This document shows positions 23,802 to 38,225 of a stretch of 43,746 bases of DNA, one piece after another. Under the pieces are notes generated by a model. That model worked only from the letters and a program-made list of their open reading frames with translations, did no database searches and was not told where the DNA came from. The stretch comes from Callorhinchus milii. Taxonomy: Eukaryota. The translations under genes and the position numbers were made by a program. The stretch spans positions 1-43,746 of the forward strand of contig NW_024705444.1 in assembly GCF_018977255.1 (NCBI RefSeq). Reading direction: 5' to 3'. Within the stretch, counting starts at the first letter, position 1, and each line of letters opens with the position of its first letter.

Positions 23802-24002
23802 CAGGGGTTCGAAACCTGCGGATCTAGAGCCGCATGCGATTCTTTAAAGGGCTGCTACTTCGTGACGTTATTCATTAAGGACCCACCACCCTCTCGTATT
23901 CACCACGCAATGCATTGCGGCTCTTGAAATATTGAGCGCTTTTTTTGTTGTTCATCCAATTCGAACAAAAAAATTCTCGTTACTTTGGTTTCCGGACCCC
24001 TG
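23802..24002. mobile_element. Non-autonomous hAT (Charlie-like) element
   Basis: Termini CAGGGGT...ACCCCTG with an imperfect 8-bp TSD CGCTAAAC/CACTACAC. The interior is shared with 12991-13130. Confidence 0.72.
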
Positions 24003-25239
24003 CACTACACCACCCACTCATCTCACTCACTAAAACCACGCACTCACTCACCCACCCACTCACTAAACCACCCACCAACTCCACTCATCCGCTAAGACAC
24101 CAACTCACTCACCCAAACCTCAGCGATGCAAAGACGCTTCACGTTCGGGTGTATACAAAACAGCATCATGGGCAATATAATCCCGCTTCGAGCACATTTT
24201 TGTTTGCAAATTCCCATGATAGAAAAATAGATCCTCTCTGTTTATTTTTAATATAAATAGCTGCCACGAGGTTTCCCCGGTGCAGTGTACAGCGGGCACG
24301 TTACGGCAGATGTGGGGAGTTGACGTTGCAGTGATGAAGCCAGTTTCCCTCCCCGTTGCTGTACAGGGAAGTCGCCCTGTCCTAGGGGGCCACATTTTAA
24401 CAAGTTGTGGGGGGGGGGGGGGGGCGAGTGCGGAAACGAAGTTATGCAATCCAATAACTTTAGAGCACGATAAAGGAATAATACGATCATAATTGTGGCA
24501 TTGGGAGTGCCCAATATATTTTTTACGTTTTATTAATTCCGTGAATGAATGGTTGGCAGATTGCCTACATTTCTTCCTTAACGCTGTCCACCCAGCGGTC
24601 TAAATGGATATACCACAGCCTTGTGGTGGGGTGTAGTGTGGGTACTCTAACGTATTTCAAGACGCGTGGCCTGCGTGGAAGAGTAGGCAAATGTACCCCT
24701 CTATAGCGTCTCTCTCTCGTTGGAGCTCCCTCCCGTGTGGAGGCCCTTCCACTCGAAGTGGCATGCGCCGGCAATTTCAGGGCTACGCCTTTACCCGTCT
24801 TTTTTACACAAGTGTCGTATCGTAATAGTAAAATAGTTAACAATGTTCAACTAATGATGTTGTCACGTGACTACAATTATTCTATTTGCCTCCATTCACT
24901 TGCGGCAGAAATAAATAAAGTATTTTAAGGTTCCAGGAAGCCAGTGTGTTCAAGATAAATAAACTGGCTTGGAGGGATCGTCATCACCTGGGTAGAGGAA
25001 TATTGATTCAGAACCTTCTTCATGTAGGGCCCTGGCTTTGAGACCGGAGTTCAGTCAAAACTGCGCTTCAAAGCGTATTCTAAAAGTGGAGTCGGTTCGA
25101 CTGCCGCGCCGGGGAGATCAAAATGAGCCCTGGCGAAAATCGCGAGTGCCGTGTCGTATGCCGGCCGCTACACCACGGCGGCAACACTCGGTTTAACCAG
25201 GTCAAAGGGCAATAAAACTAAACAAGAATCAAGAATCTT

Positions 25240-25363
25240 AGATTTTGATTTAAAGCTTTCGTGACTGTAGGGATTAATATTCTTGGTTTTTTCGGTAAAG
25301 TCATAAAACAATTGTTTTATATTTATTTTATTTTGTTGTTTCCCCTCTACGTGACTTTACCGA
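25240..25363 (-). mobile_element. Penelope-like inverted pLTR pair, cut off by the N gap
   Basis: AAGCTTTCGTGACTGTAGGGATT...CGGTAAAGTCA followed by CTACGTGACTTTACCGA running into Ns. Confidence 0.72.
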
Positions 25364-25393
25364 NNNNNNNNNNNNNNNNNNNNNNNNNNNNNN
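25364..25393. other. Assembly gap (30 N)
   Basis: Run of 30 Ns. Confidence 0.99.
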
Positions 25394-28300
25394 TAAACTA
25401 TGAGATAATGGCCCGTCACATATTTCTGGTGACGGACCAATTCCGGCGATTTGACTATTTAATAATAGTTGACCAGAAGGTGTACCCATTCAACTGATTT
25501 TTGTATAGAAGCACCGTAAATCTATAGATAACGGTATCCGGATACACGAAAGTGAATTTCGATTCTTCGGTCAGGGGTCGACTAGATCACGTAATTAGAC
25601 TGTTGTGGCGCGGGTACAACTAGTGCCACATACGCAGTACTTAGGGTTCGGTGTACATCCTTGACTATCCAAGACAGTCTCAAACGGAGGTGCAAGTCAA
25701 CTTAGGTGTTAAGCGTACCGCTTGAAGATACATAGCAGAGATCCTGGGAGCCAGACTACCTTCCAACGCTAGATATACTCCGGCAGGTGTGTGGTACAAA
25801 AAATGATTTTCGAGAATCGCGCCAAGGCCTTACCCCCCAGTACCCTGCACTTGTGTATCCTCAAAATGGCAGCACTCGCCAGACAGTGACTCATATACAG
25901 CTCTCCTATGGTTAATCTAACAATCCCCTCGGTTGCTCGCGTTGTGTGTCCGAGAGCGTTAAGGGTCAACATATGGTATTGAAGGGAAAAAAACCGTCGT
26001 TCCGAAGGGTTAAGAAGTTGGTCAATTACACTCATAGTTTTGTCTTGCCGATACCGTAGTCCGGAGGTCTCACGGCGTATGAGCCGCTTGAAGGTCGAGA
26101 TGTGTCTTTTCTGCATTATTCGGTTTATAGCCTATTTGACTCAGCTCTTAACGGTGTGCAGTGCGATTACTTGCGACCTCGAGTGTACTTAGCATTCTGA
26201 TTTCTAAGACGACCTGCACCGTCTCCTCAAAGGTTTATCGTAGCGACTCAACTATCCGAGGTCCGGTGGTTCCACGCCATGGCACACGAACTCACGGGAC
26301 GACAGCGCTCACACAACGAACTATTAGCAGTCTTGTAGTTCCCTCGTCGCCTTAACCTCAACTGGAGGTAATCTTTAATGACTCTACGTACGTAATCCCA
26401 GGTCCCCTAACAGAGTACAAGCTCTACAACTCAAAAGCTTTGAACTATGCGGTTGTTGGGTCCGTTAATATACGCCGAATCCTAATAGCGCAGATTGCTA
26501 CTTCCATGGTGCCTTCCTGCCTCCACGTGGACGTACGTAACAGAAAGGAGAAGTAGAGAAACCGGCAATACGGTGAAAAGACTGCCCGTCTCGTGCAGGC
26601 AAGCTGCCGACAAGTCTGTCCATTTAGTTCTGGATAATACGAGCGTTCAGAGGGGATAAGAACGCCTGTCATCGATAAGCTGGAAATGAAGAGCTCGGCG
26701 TCGCAGAGTCTGGTCTGCTTCTTGATAACGTGCGTCCATATTTTTTTGAACGCACGATGAACATTGCTCTAAAACCTTTCTTTCGCACTGATGTCACCTG
26801 CTGGTCGTTGTCGTCGTAAGCTTTTCACGACTGCAAAATCTAATAAGATAGCATCGAGTGACGGGATCACACTTCTTATACTGAGTCCGATGGTCGAAAC
26901 CGATTGAGCATTTACTACCTCTCTGACTGCCAGAAGGGGTGACAAGCTACGGCCTGGAATCGCCAACCACTGTGTATTCATTGCTGTCGACTACAAGAAT
27001 GCCATCGAGATGGGTCCCTAGAACGGCAGCATCAACGAATATCGGGTGTTGTACCATATCCGGAGCCTACAATTTCAAATCTACAAACCGAGATCAGGTG
27101 ACGCCCACTTTGACACTTCGGGGTTTTCAACTGCGATTTCCAGTGTATCCTGAAACTGCGATACGGGTCAAATAGCGTACGCTCGCTGCGTGATTCAACA
27201 CTGCCTAGTGGCCGTCACATTTCATTATGGTTTGCAGGTCGAATCCTAAGGTGAATTGTAGGAGGATGTTAAGTACAGTTGGGAGATAAGTCCCGGAATG
27301 CCAACGTAGACATTTGGTCAAATAACCCCCCGCTGGAAGCTAACCGGTCGCGCTACGCGAAGTAGCTATAAGAAGGTACAACGCCCCCGAACGACCGGCA
27401 ATGGTCACTGTCACATAGGCTGAATGTTGCCGTCCCTACCTTCTCAAGCAGTTGTGATTCGTACAGGCCATCGATAGAGTTAGGCATGATCCATTGACTA
27501 GGCTCCTTAGCATGAATAACCATGGTAATGGCCTATTATTCTCTAACCTAAATCGGGTATAACTCAGTGCTTAATCGCAGGATGTTTAACCGAAGTTCAT
27601 TGAAGTATCCTGATATAAGCACGGTCAGGGAACAAAATGGGAAGTCATGGCCTATCACTTCTCGCGTCATCCCTAGTGTCTTTGCTAAGAAACCGCCTTA
27701 TGGCTGGCTGCCGACCAGGAAATGCCTGTAGGACAGGCGACCAACGCTGCCAAATCTCTGCATGTCTCCGCGCTTTCTTCGCGGCGGGGTCCGGTCCTAA
27801 CACCCTGCGGATAGGCTACCCTCCGCCAAGAACCAGGCTTACTTACTCCATCAATCAATAGCTGCGTAAAGCTCTAGCTAAACCGTTCAACTATTCGTAC
27901 AGCTTCAAATTGTCAATGAACCAACTTCTGCGCCGATGCCGTCGCCCCGTGTAACATGTACCAGCTCTGTCGTTTTGAGATCTTATCAACCCAATGACGT
28001 GGGTACATCGGATCACCGCCGATCCGTGCCCCCACCTAACCTGTCCCGTTATGGCAACCTTTCCCAGTTCCACACGTTTTTGCTCAACAAGTGAACCTTT
28101 CACGCGTCAGGAGTGAAGCCGGCCAAACAACCCCAATGCACACGTCTCATATTCACGAGGGTCCCGAGCGGATTAGCGGCAAAGGGTCCATGCTATCGGT
28201 AGGTGCTTGCTACGATCTTGTATCGCGGTACGAATAGCAAGTGTTGAAGCGAATACGAGGAGAGATCGAGTCATCTTTCGCATAGGTAAGTGCGAGGTGT

Positions 28301-31300
28301 GCTTCTGATACCGACGTCAACGCTAGCGAGCCAACATACGATATCATGGTTCACTCACAACCCGCCAGACAACGTACCCAAATGGGCCGGATTTACGGTT
28401 TGCCTGAGTTTTCGGGCAGTCCGGTCATGGGGTTAGTCTAGAGCGTCTCCTCACCCCGTCCCTAGAGATCTCGGACCGAAGTCGTGAGGTTTGCAACGTA
28501 CAGATTGGGAATGGACAACCTTTGAATCGTCTTTACTCCCTAGTTCTGGAACCTGAGGTGGTCTGATTTGGAGCCATTTATTATTTTAATCGCCCAACGA
28601 GGTAGTGCATTGCGGTGGCTGTCCGTCAAGTCAAGCTTTGGGCATTACGCGGTTAGCGCGCTTTACGTGAGGTCGCTGGTAACCGAGGAAATCGCCGCTG
28701 ACCGTCTCTAGAATAACACACAGTCAGATACTATTGGCTGAAAAGTGATACTCCTATTTCAAGGCGACTACTGCTCGCAGATACGCATACAAAAACATCA
28801 CAGATTAAAAAACAGTTTCACTACACTGGCGCTGCTTCGATCAGCGGCTAAATTTAGCCGCCGTACTTCGGCTATCTACATAGTGTAAAGGCTAGTCATA
28901 AACTGGGAGCCCCAAGATACTTAATAGTCGCTACTTTACCGTCGTGTACGCGCGGCCGGGGCTACAACAGGCAACTGCAAAATATCCGAGACACATTACC
29001 ATATCTTTGGGGATCACCAGTGTTCCTGGACAATGACCACACACCTTCAGAAGGATTGCGGGCGAGTCAGTAAAAAATACAGTCGTAGTTAAATCCATCG
29101 GTACCTAGGCCGAACAGCGGTACGGCAACTGCTGACCGGTTCTTCGCACGCAAGGGTTGGCTTCGTCGAGCGGGTCTCGGACTATGCATATATCTTAGAA
29201 CCTTCTTCTAGTGACGAGACAAATCAGATTGAGGCATAGTTCTGTTCAAACTCACAGAAGTTATCGGAGCTACCTACTACCTCTACAAGCCAATGAAGAC
29301 CTTGTGCGTGGCGGATTGCCCTTTCCGCCCTGATGGCCAGCAACGAGGGCTCCGTTTTCTTTCCCTTTTCCGATTGCTATCATTAATCACAGTATGAAAG
29401 ATCCGAAATAAATAAGGACATCCGCTGTAAGAATGCATCTTGCCACAGGTCAGTGATCGGAGGACTAACACTTTCCCTCGGTAAAACCAACGGTGGCTTA
29501 CCGACTGTTTGACTTAGCCGCATGTGGAGGCGCAAAGGTTCCCATATTTATATCAGAGAGAGCGAGTGGGGAAGACGAATCCGTCCGCGATTAATATTCG
29601 CCTAACTGTGTGGACATTTAAACTTTGATAGGCATCCCCTACCGACAAAGCCGGTTTATACCGGGTACGAAGACCATGTGTACAGTTCGGATGCCTGAAT
29701 TAGATTGCGCAAAGCGCAGGCTGCAGAAGTACGTGATGGCCCCTCCAACCGCTCGAAAATGTTCGTGACCACCGAAAGGACGATGCTCGTAGCTTGCGAT
29801 CACTTACCAAATGCCTCCACGTGCCCACCTTATCACTACCAGCCAATCTCCAAACCAAGCGAACAAGTCATTACTGCTACAGCAGCGCTTGGTGAGGCTG
29901 CGGAAACAACATATCCGCAGCCTATCCCTACAGCGATCGGCTAGCTAAGCCCCGATTCGTCCCTGACGTCAGGTTCTGCATGGGCCTCTCCAGATACATA
30001 ATCCCGCGAGGGTGCTTACTGGCGGACTCCCGCCCGCCCACGGAAGGCTCTATTCCCTGCACTTCGCTACACAGCTCCCCTCTGGGCATAGTCCTGTTGT
30101 AATCCGCCAAATCCGCGCCCTAGTCAGATCGCCGTCGCTCACGGGCGAATGATCCAGGGTAACTTGATTGCCGACCACTATAGTATAGAAATATATCTTG
30201 TTTAACGGAGTCAGGAATACTACCAGTTTGAGGGAGTGGGATGTCTCAGCATTATTGTTCGAATTCCGTACCGCCTAATCCATTCGAGTTCTATGCCGTT
30301 TACTGAATCGCCTTTTGGATAAACATCGCCCGCCTCGCATGAACGGGGTCGTACTCTCGTAGTTCAAGTCCGTGTCGCAGGACCATTTGCCACCGAAGGA
30401 ATCCCGAACCCCACCAGTGCCAAGTAATAATATTTAGAAGATGTAAGCTGTCACTATGACTTGTAGTGGCAGCAAACGCAGTAGGCTAGCATGCCATTGT
30501 TGCAAATCTATACCTAGGTGGTGTCAGCTGTTATTCCCCAGTCCATTATTCCCACCCAACCTAATATGAGAAAATATTAGATCGAGTATTTGTATCCTCA
30601 GAACCGGTGGCTCCCTTAAAAAGCAGCACAGGTGCCACGATGGATACATTGCGTCCTTACAAATGAAGGCTGGGAATTAATCGTCAACATGGCGGGAAAT
30701 GGGCATATTCGTCATATCAATGGCCGCGACGATAGAGAGATTATTGCATGATATACACCTCCATTGGGCGTACATGGACTTCTGGTCTACACAGCGACCT
30801 TAGACCCCGACCGTAGTGACCACCAGACGTTCAACCATTTCTGACCACCTAGACCCTTGGCGCCCGGAGCCCCCTAGTTAGACTGCAAAGGTGGTCAAAA
30901 ATTCTTCAAATAGCCGCTGACCAATCGGGCACTCAACCCCAGATTTTACCCAGGCAAACTGGTCGTACGATAGCCCTACAATATTTCCAAACTACGGACC
31001 AGGTTTTAACATACAAGATAGGGAGATTGATAGGAGACGCCAACCCAGCTCTTCATTTCGAGGGCGGGCTGTACAATGTCTCGGGGGGGGTTCTTGTGGC
31101 CACAGCTTAACTGTATCTACTGACAATTTAAGTTGATAACATGGACAGACAGGGAGAAATCAGAGAGGGTGTCCTGGTCTCCCAAGGGGAGGCGAACGAC
31201 CTTCAGACCGTCCGCTGACAAATCGATGTGGACATGACAGTAAAAATTTTGGCTAGCGACATATGTCTATAGCGCGTGATTATGAAATCGGGCCATTTGA

Positions 31301-34300
31301 GAAAGAGCACATTGATAGTAATGACGGTTACGTTGTCACCTCCCTGTGGCTATAGGCGGCGGATGAGAAAAGCCTGGGGGATGGGCTGCCGAGCGTGTCG
31401 GTGACCGTTATATTCCCTCATGGACAACACCAAAAGGAGCAGCGTAGGTTTTGGATACTCAGCCCTTCGACTGGTGTCAAATTGGTAAGTTACTCACACA
31501 TGTCTACTAGTAAGGTGACCAAGAGGGTGGAGCGTCACAGCTGAGTAAGACAATGATGAAAGCTGTGTGCTTATGTAGGTTGGCACGCGTGCTCATGATG
31601 GATACCTGTTGAAGATCTTGTCTGTACACTGCCCTATCAATTTACGAAGAAATGCCTTTTCAAGCGGGTTAGCCATGGGTGGGGTCCCATCATTTCGATC
31701 ACCAATCTACGCAGGGGAGAAGCGCTGTCAAGTAGTGCAAAGTGCCGACCACGCAAGATAGCAGTGTATTGCCCCATCGCACTTTCTGCAAGTATTAGTC
31801 TGGACAGTCACACACGCCAGAAGATTCTCTCTACGAGATGTATGGGTCACTGACACTTTCCGACATAAGGCGGCCTACCCCGGTTACAATTCCAGATCAA
31901 ATGTAATAAGCCTGCGTGTAACATACGTAACTCCCCGTCTATGCGGATGCGACCAAGGAATCGTCTGCAGTGAGTGAGAATTTGAAGGGACGGCGCATTC
32001 TATCGATTACAGTGGTCTGGGGCTAAATTCTGGTGGTCCGCAATAGTGACGACGCAGAGGCATTCATCCACCAAGAACGTCGCTAAGGATAGGCGAATGG
32101 CGGGTATTACATGGGCACTGATCGAGAGGGACTAGATTCAGGTATAGACTAATTTGGATCTGCGGAAGGCGGTCGCATCTGCAAACGGCTTAATAAAACA
32201 AGGTTAGCCTCGTCCGACCTTCCCCATACATTAATGCATCTGTGTACACATCGAAACTAATTGGGAGTGATCTTTTACAGGTAATCCGATGAGTTGGCAG
32301 ACACGAATTATGACATAACCTCGTATACTTGCAAAACCGTCCACGAGCGCAAAGAAATAGGTACATATATGCTTGTAGAATTCCACGACCGAAATAGCTT
32401 TGTATATAGCCTCGGGATCTACGTTGTCGACTCAAATTTTAACTCGCTCAGACATTCATCGTTCCAACAAAGTTTGCTGGATGGCGTTTAGAACATCTGC
32501 AGGGACTTGGCCCCGTACATAAACCGCTTGATGATATCGTAAACAATGAACAGTGTTGCAATGTCGTCGGCAGGCACATACGTTAATGCTGTAAAACCAT
32601 GTGAGGTGGGCTCACCCGCGAGTTACCTGCGACCTGTGAAGTCTCTATACCTTGACTACAGGCATAGATAGTGGAGCTATAAAACATACTTCAACTTCCG
32701 GAATCGCCCATGCCAGCCTATGGACTTGGCGCTGCTAGCACAACGCTGATGGGCTGAATCCATCACTGGTATCGGAGTTGTCGTCGCTTCAGTCTCTAAA
32801 CCAAAGCAAACAGACGCTTCGCTTTATGATGTCTGAATTGACACTTAGTAACCACAGTCTGTCTAGACCGTGGATATCTCCGAGCAGTGACCACACGTAA
32901 TATAGCGGACGATAAAGCGGGGTGTTATAGCTGCTGATCTGGCGCATCGGGACGTCCACAACACACGTATTACGGCGATCACCACTCACCGGTGCGCGCG
33001 ATTCGTAGTACGTATACACTTAAAAAGCTCGCCTGCTCTACGGTATGTTGGGCCCGACGCAGCATGATTTCGTCAATGGCAAACCGCGACAGCGCTGTAT
33101 GGTACCTAATGAAATCGGGCCGTGCTATACAAATAGAACCACAAAGTGGCTTTTTATTGTTGCCAGCCCTGCTTCCATGATAACTGGTGGAAACAGTTAT
33201 TTCTCCTACAGCTACGCCGGAACTTAAGGAGCCGATCCTGTGCACGGCTTTATGCTTACACGCGTGCTAGGGAACAGTTAAACAATCGTGATGGGGGGGG
33301 AAGATTACGCGGTAGATATTAGCTGACTCCAGGTCTAACCTTTTGTCGGGCCGCATCCTTGACATGCTTGGGAGGGAGTCCCAACTATACACATAAACCT
33401 GATGTTGTTACTGCGCTGTCGAAAGCGCATCCCTCGACTGCTCCAGCTGGCTATGGTCTTTCGATGATCTAGTCAACGTTTGAATGTAGTCAAGTTTGCC
33501 TAAGTAAGGTAAACTGTGGGAAATCTCCCCGGAATGCCGATTAGCCTCGCCAGTCCCCATTTCCACGTAAAGATGACGACCGACTAAACTCCCTGGCATC
33601 TACTTCCTAGCATCCACATGATACCACGTACTCACTTTCGATACATTACCCGGCGAACGGTGTCTCGGGATGCCAACCAGATATCTAGGGCTAGCGATAC
33701 CGCCCACCATAATGGGAACAAAAGCCACGTCACCCTTTACGCTGAGCTCACGGACGGCGGGCTCTAGACCCGTCCTTGCAGGGGTGGGGCCGCTTTCAGA
33801 CCACGACTGATGTATTCAACCTGCAATGTGATACTTCGTCGGATTAGGTATCCTTTCCCTGTACTAGTCGCTTTTGTAATAGTTTATCCTGGTTCCCCTT
33901 AGACGCCTCACGGGGGTGCGAGCTTCCCGAATCTACCTCTGACAACCTCTGCCCCCTCTGCAAATGCGTAATGGTCACAAGCACGTCTACAATAGCTATA
34001 AGGCAACGTTAGGCATGAGGAATTCGCAATTCTTTTGCCACCCGGCTGGATCATCTCCATCCGCTTTGTGGAACGCAGGAAGCGACGGATGCTCGCCCAG
34101 TCATAGTCGCCTTATGATCACTATGAAATAGAATCACCATGGAGGACACACGGGAATTTTCGCCTGATCCGTACTCAAAATGGTCGGCTTTAAGCGATAC
34201 AGGGAGTACCTTAGGAGAACGTAAGGCGCCTACCTGTATTATCAGAAGCTCAGTTTGGAGACCCAGTCGTTAGATTCTTCAATTGGCACATATTAATGAA

Positions 34301-36750
34301 TAGGTTGATCTGACGACAACAGCCAGTAGTGGTCGAGCTTAACTGCGAGGGTGTCCGTCTCCACGTTGTTGTATAGTGCTGGATCGTAGTTGCTAAATAG
34401 GTTAGCAACTTCAGAGATTTACCTAAGTTCCCCGTAAAACTTTCGAATGCGGTCGCGGCACATCATCCTAGGGTTACCCCTTATTAGAGGAGGATAGTTC
34501 ATTTCTCTCACTTCTAGCTTTCCATTTGGTGTCCGTTTTTAGGAAGTAAGGGGAGCTTTGTGTCAAAATTACATATTAATAAAAACACGGGCGTCTTAAT
34601 GAAAGGCTAGTATGGCACCCACTTCCCCCACTCGGACTTCGTCTGTCATGGATAAACTTATTCAGACTCTTTCGTGTAGTGTGTTACGGGACTTTCAAGC
34701 CCCAGGGATACGCAACGTACTTAAATCCGGCCACTAAATCTAATGCGCAGGTTGCTACCTTGGGACAGTAGCTTCGCGGCCTGTCGATTAACGTCCTTAA
34801 TTGACATGTATAGACCCTTTAGTAGCGGATCTTAGCATCCTATCCGACCGCCCATATGCTCGGTGTGGTAGGGATACCTCCTAACCAGCAGTTTAACGAC
34901 AGGAGCAGCACCTTTGGAAACACCAGTTGTCCCTGAAAGACAGACTCGATGCTGCCCAAGGATTACCTGGCCACACCCCTAACTTACAAACTAACGAAGC
35001 TTTTCACTCAAAGCATTTTTTCGGACGTGTACATTTGATCGAGTCATTGCGACCAAAAGCGACAACTTGCTAGGCCAGAAGAATTCAAGAAGCGCGGGAC
35101 CATCCCTCATAATAGTAAACAAAGCGCAAGTGCTGTAACCTACGTGGCGTAGTCTGGTACACAAAGGCCTAACACCTCGGCGTATCTGATTACCAGTCGC
35201 GACAGGGCGCCATTTACACGAGGGATAGGCACTCCTCAGAATACTCGGGATAGGTCGCTGTGTGCGTACGACGGACAGTAGGAGACTCCGAACATCGGCT
35301 TGAGTTTTAGCTGGTGCACAAACGCGGTCGATTGGCGACAATGTGATCATGGTGAGGCCAATTTTTTTGAATATTGGGAAATAAGTGCCACAAACGAGTT
35401 GACGCGCAAGTGGAGCCTGAAAAGGTTGGATCCCATTTACATATAACATACTGAGTTCAGGGAAACCGGCAAGTTTGGACATTTGGTCCGTCCCCCGGTT
35501 TCCAATAGATAGGCGCGGCCGCATGTTTTTGCTATCCAGGCGTTCAAAGGAATGGATCGACGCGAAGTTCCGTGTCAGAGATCCTGCAACGATTGAGCAA
35601 CATCGTGGTAACCACGATGCGCCAACGGCGTACGTCTAGCGCGTACGCTTGGGGCCAGCCTCTCCTACGACCGGAATAGCTTTTCAACTCCGTCACGTTA
35701 CCAAGGGCGCTTCTTCCACGGCGTCTTAGAACAGTCGCAAAACCTCCGACACTAATTGTACTTCTCACGTGAGCTAGTACTAAGACCCTATCTGTTTGTA
35801 CCTTACAGGTTCGATTCCGTGTCTGATGGGTCGTATGGGACTAGAAAGAGGATATGAGTCCTCACGAGCCACACTAAAGCATAAGCTCTTGGGACAAGTA
35901 ACGCTGCGTATCTGCGTCGACTGTTACCTTGCTGTTCAATGAATGATAGCTGATATCAGTGCGTATACCCCACTAGAACTGATAACCCTAGGTGTGGCTA
36001 GATCCTGAGTTCGTAATATTTCTTAAGGGGGTTATTGTGGCGATGAGCCTTGGAAGGCGCGACGACCCATCTTTTGGGGAATTTAACTGGCGTTATATTC
36101 GGGTCCCCTGGCCATGCCGTAGTTAGCGGCGATTTAGGCGCCGCGGGATGAGGCACTCAAGAGATTTAGGGCATCCGGACCTCGAATCAAACATACCGGG
36201 GGCCTGGGCATAAAGGTAAATCTGGATATGTCTTTCATGCCCGGGCGGTTCGCGAAGCAGATAGGATATGAGAAAGATCCACGCAAGATTGCTTCGCCTC
36301 TTCATTTTTAGTTTTGTCGTAGCGTGAAAAAGGCTCCTAGCATAAGAATATACGGCCATCGCGTTATGACCTGACGGTGGCACATGATCGCTTCTCCCCT
36401 AATGTTCTGATGACCAGTCTTCGTGGTGTCACAATACAGGAATGCCTACGCATTTCCCAGTCTCCGCAGCATGACATGAAAGATATTAGTGGGCTCTGCT
36501 CCAAGCAAGACTCGGTACTGAGGATAGCTCCTATTGCTTATGTACGCTTCCTCACATCACACCGGTCACTCTAAGGTGGAGTTCATGGATAGACAGGACG
36601 TTGCAGACTGGGCTAGTATCACTAACCATTTACATGTTATCTTGGGGGTAGTGGTGGATCTTCAGCAACATCCTCGAGTAATTGGCGACCTAACAGACAA
36701 AAGGTAGTCAGTAGCTAGTCCCGAACACCCTCCAAATGAGAGTCTGGTCA
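25394..36750. other. Compositionally anomalous, random-looking 11.3-kb block (probably shuffled/synthetic or otherwise non-native)
   Basis: It contains no copy of any host repeat family and no microsatellites. Base usage looks even, with abundant TA, CG and CTAG. The longest ORF is 177 aa with no recognisable motif. The right boundary is approximate. Confidence 0.8.
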
Positions 36751-37189
36751 ATGTGGTTTCAGAGGTCTCTGGCCGGGATCCATGCACACACACACACACG
36801 GGTACTATTTATGTAAATGTATACAAATACACCGTGCACACAAACAGACCAGACGGGCCGGTGACGTTTCTCCCCCCCCCCTTCGACCGCTCCTTCCCCC
36901 CCGAGACGAAATTTTTGCGTCCAGATTTCCCTCTTTATGTTTAACCAGACACGCCGATTATTCATTATTTGCTTTTTCAATTTCATGTTATCTGTGAGTG
37001 TGCCGGCTGCGTCTGGCTACACGTGTTAACAATCTATCCCGGCCTTCGTGTCACGTTCGGCTCCGTCGCTTTTGTGCAGTGACCTCATCTGTTTGGGGCC
37101 AACGCCCCCTCACGTCTCCCTCTTATCTCCATCGCGTGGATATCCTCGCTCCGCCCCCCCCCACCTTCGAATCACTTCCAGCCTAGCCT

Positions 37190-37480
37190 GGGCCACCACC
37201 ACCACCTTCACCGCTATCTCTACCACCACCTTCATCCACATCTCCTCCACCACCACCACCACCATCCCCATCTCCTCCACCACCATCTGCATCCCCATCT
37301 CCTCCACCACCACCACAATCTTCATCCCCATCTCCTCCTCCACCACCATCTTCTTCATGTCCCTCTCAACCACTACCACCACCTTGATTTCCGTCAGCAG
37401 CACCGACACTAACATCACATCTACCATCTTCACCACCACCACCACCTTCATCGCTATCTCTACCATGAGCATCATCATGA
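37190..37480. repeat. (ACC/ATC/TCC) degenerate trinucleotide array
   Basis: Directly visible; it explains the Thr/Ile/Ser-rich ORFs. Confidence 0.9.
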
Positions 37481-37903
37481 CAAGATGGCATCGCAACTTG
37501 TCACCAATCCGTACGGAAATTTACGTTTTTTTTTACTTTTTATTGTATTGGTGGCATGTATGTTGATCTTCTTTAGCAACGTACGTAGCCAACCGTGCTA
37601 CTCGGAGGTGCGAGGGAAGGACAACATTCAGTACTCTATGGCGAGCGAGCGGTGCATTGCCCTGTGTCAGAGAACAGCCCTGGAAGATGACTCCACAGAA
37701 CTACTTCCGAGTTCACTGCAGAAAGGCCTGCCGAGTGATCACCATATACCAATCAAGCGAAACAACTTAAGTCTCAGAGCTGAAATGTATCCAAAGTAAG
37801 TGATTCAAAAGCGACACGATTTATGCTGATAATGTACGGATTTAAGTGCAAAAACTATTTGTTGTACTGTACTGCCCTTCTCATCTCCCACGTCTATGCT
37901 CCT

Positions 37904-38225
37904 AGATTTGAAGCTTTCGTGACTGCAAGGATTCATATTCTTAGGTTTTTTTCCGTAAAGTCACGTAGGTTAAAAATTAAAATTAATAAAAGTAAAATAA
38001 AAAAATCACGACGTTTCGGAGGCAATACAGGCTTCCGTCTTCAGGTGGAACCGTCACAGCCCGACAGCTGTATCAAGTAAATGAGAGATTACAAGAGATA
38101 CCACTCCGTATATATAACCATTAGACGGAAGCTTGTGTTGCCTCCGAAACGTCGTGATTTTTTATTTTACTTTTATTAATTAAAATGTTTTACCTACGTA
38201 ACTTTAACCGAAAACCTAAGAATAT
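37904..38225 (-). mobile_element. Penelope-like inverted pLTR pair with a hammerhead
   Basis: 12-bp TSD GTCTATGCTCCT (37892-37903 and 38226-38237). Arms at 37904-38078 (-) and 38124-38225 (+). Confidence 0.82.
38007..38047 (-). ncRNA. Minimal type I hammerhead ribozyme variant
   Basis: Minus strand CAC-CUGAAGA-C-GGAAGC-cuguauu-GCCUCC-GAAA-CG-UC-GUG. Confidence 0.7.

Noticed and set aside
28844..28861. Perfect 18-bp palindrome GCGGCTAAATTTAGCCGC
   Set aside because: It is single and isolated in random-looking DNA; a few-percent chance event with no supporting context.
34388..34410. Hairpin AGTTGCTAA-atagg-TTAGCAACT
   Set aside because: It is isolated, not repeated and has no U-tract; compatible with chance.
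34991..35524. 177-aa ORF, the longest in the anomalous block
   Set aside because: It has no recognisable motif and no gene-like neighbours; this length is attainable by chance in six frames of 11 kb.
37048..37566. Mucin-like Thr/Ser-rich 172-aa ORF
   Set aside because: It arises from a trinucleotide low-complexity tract, with no clear gene context.
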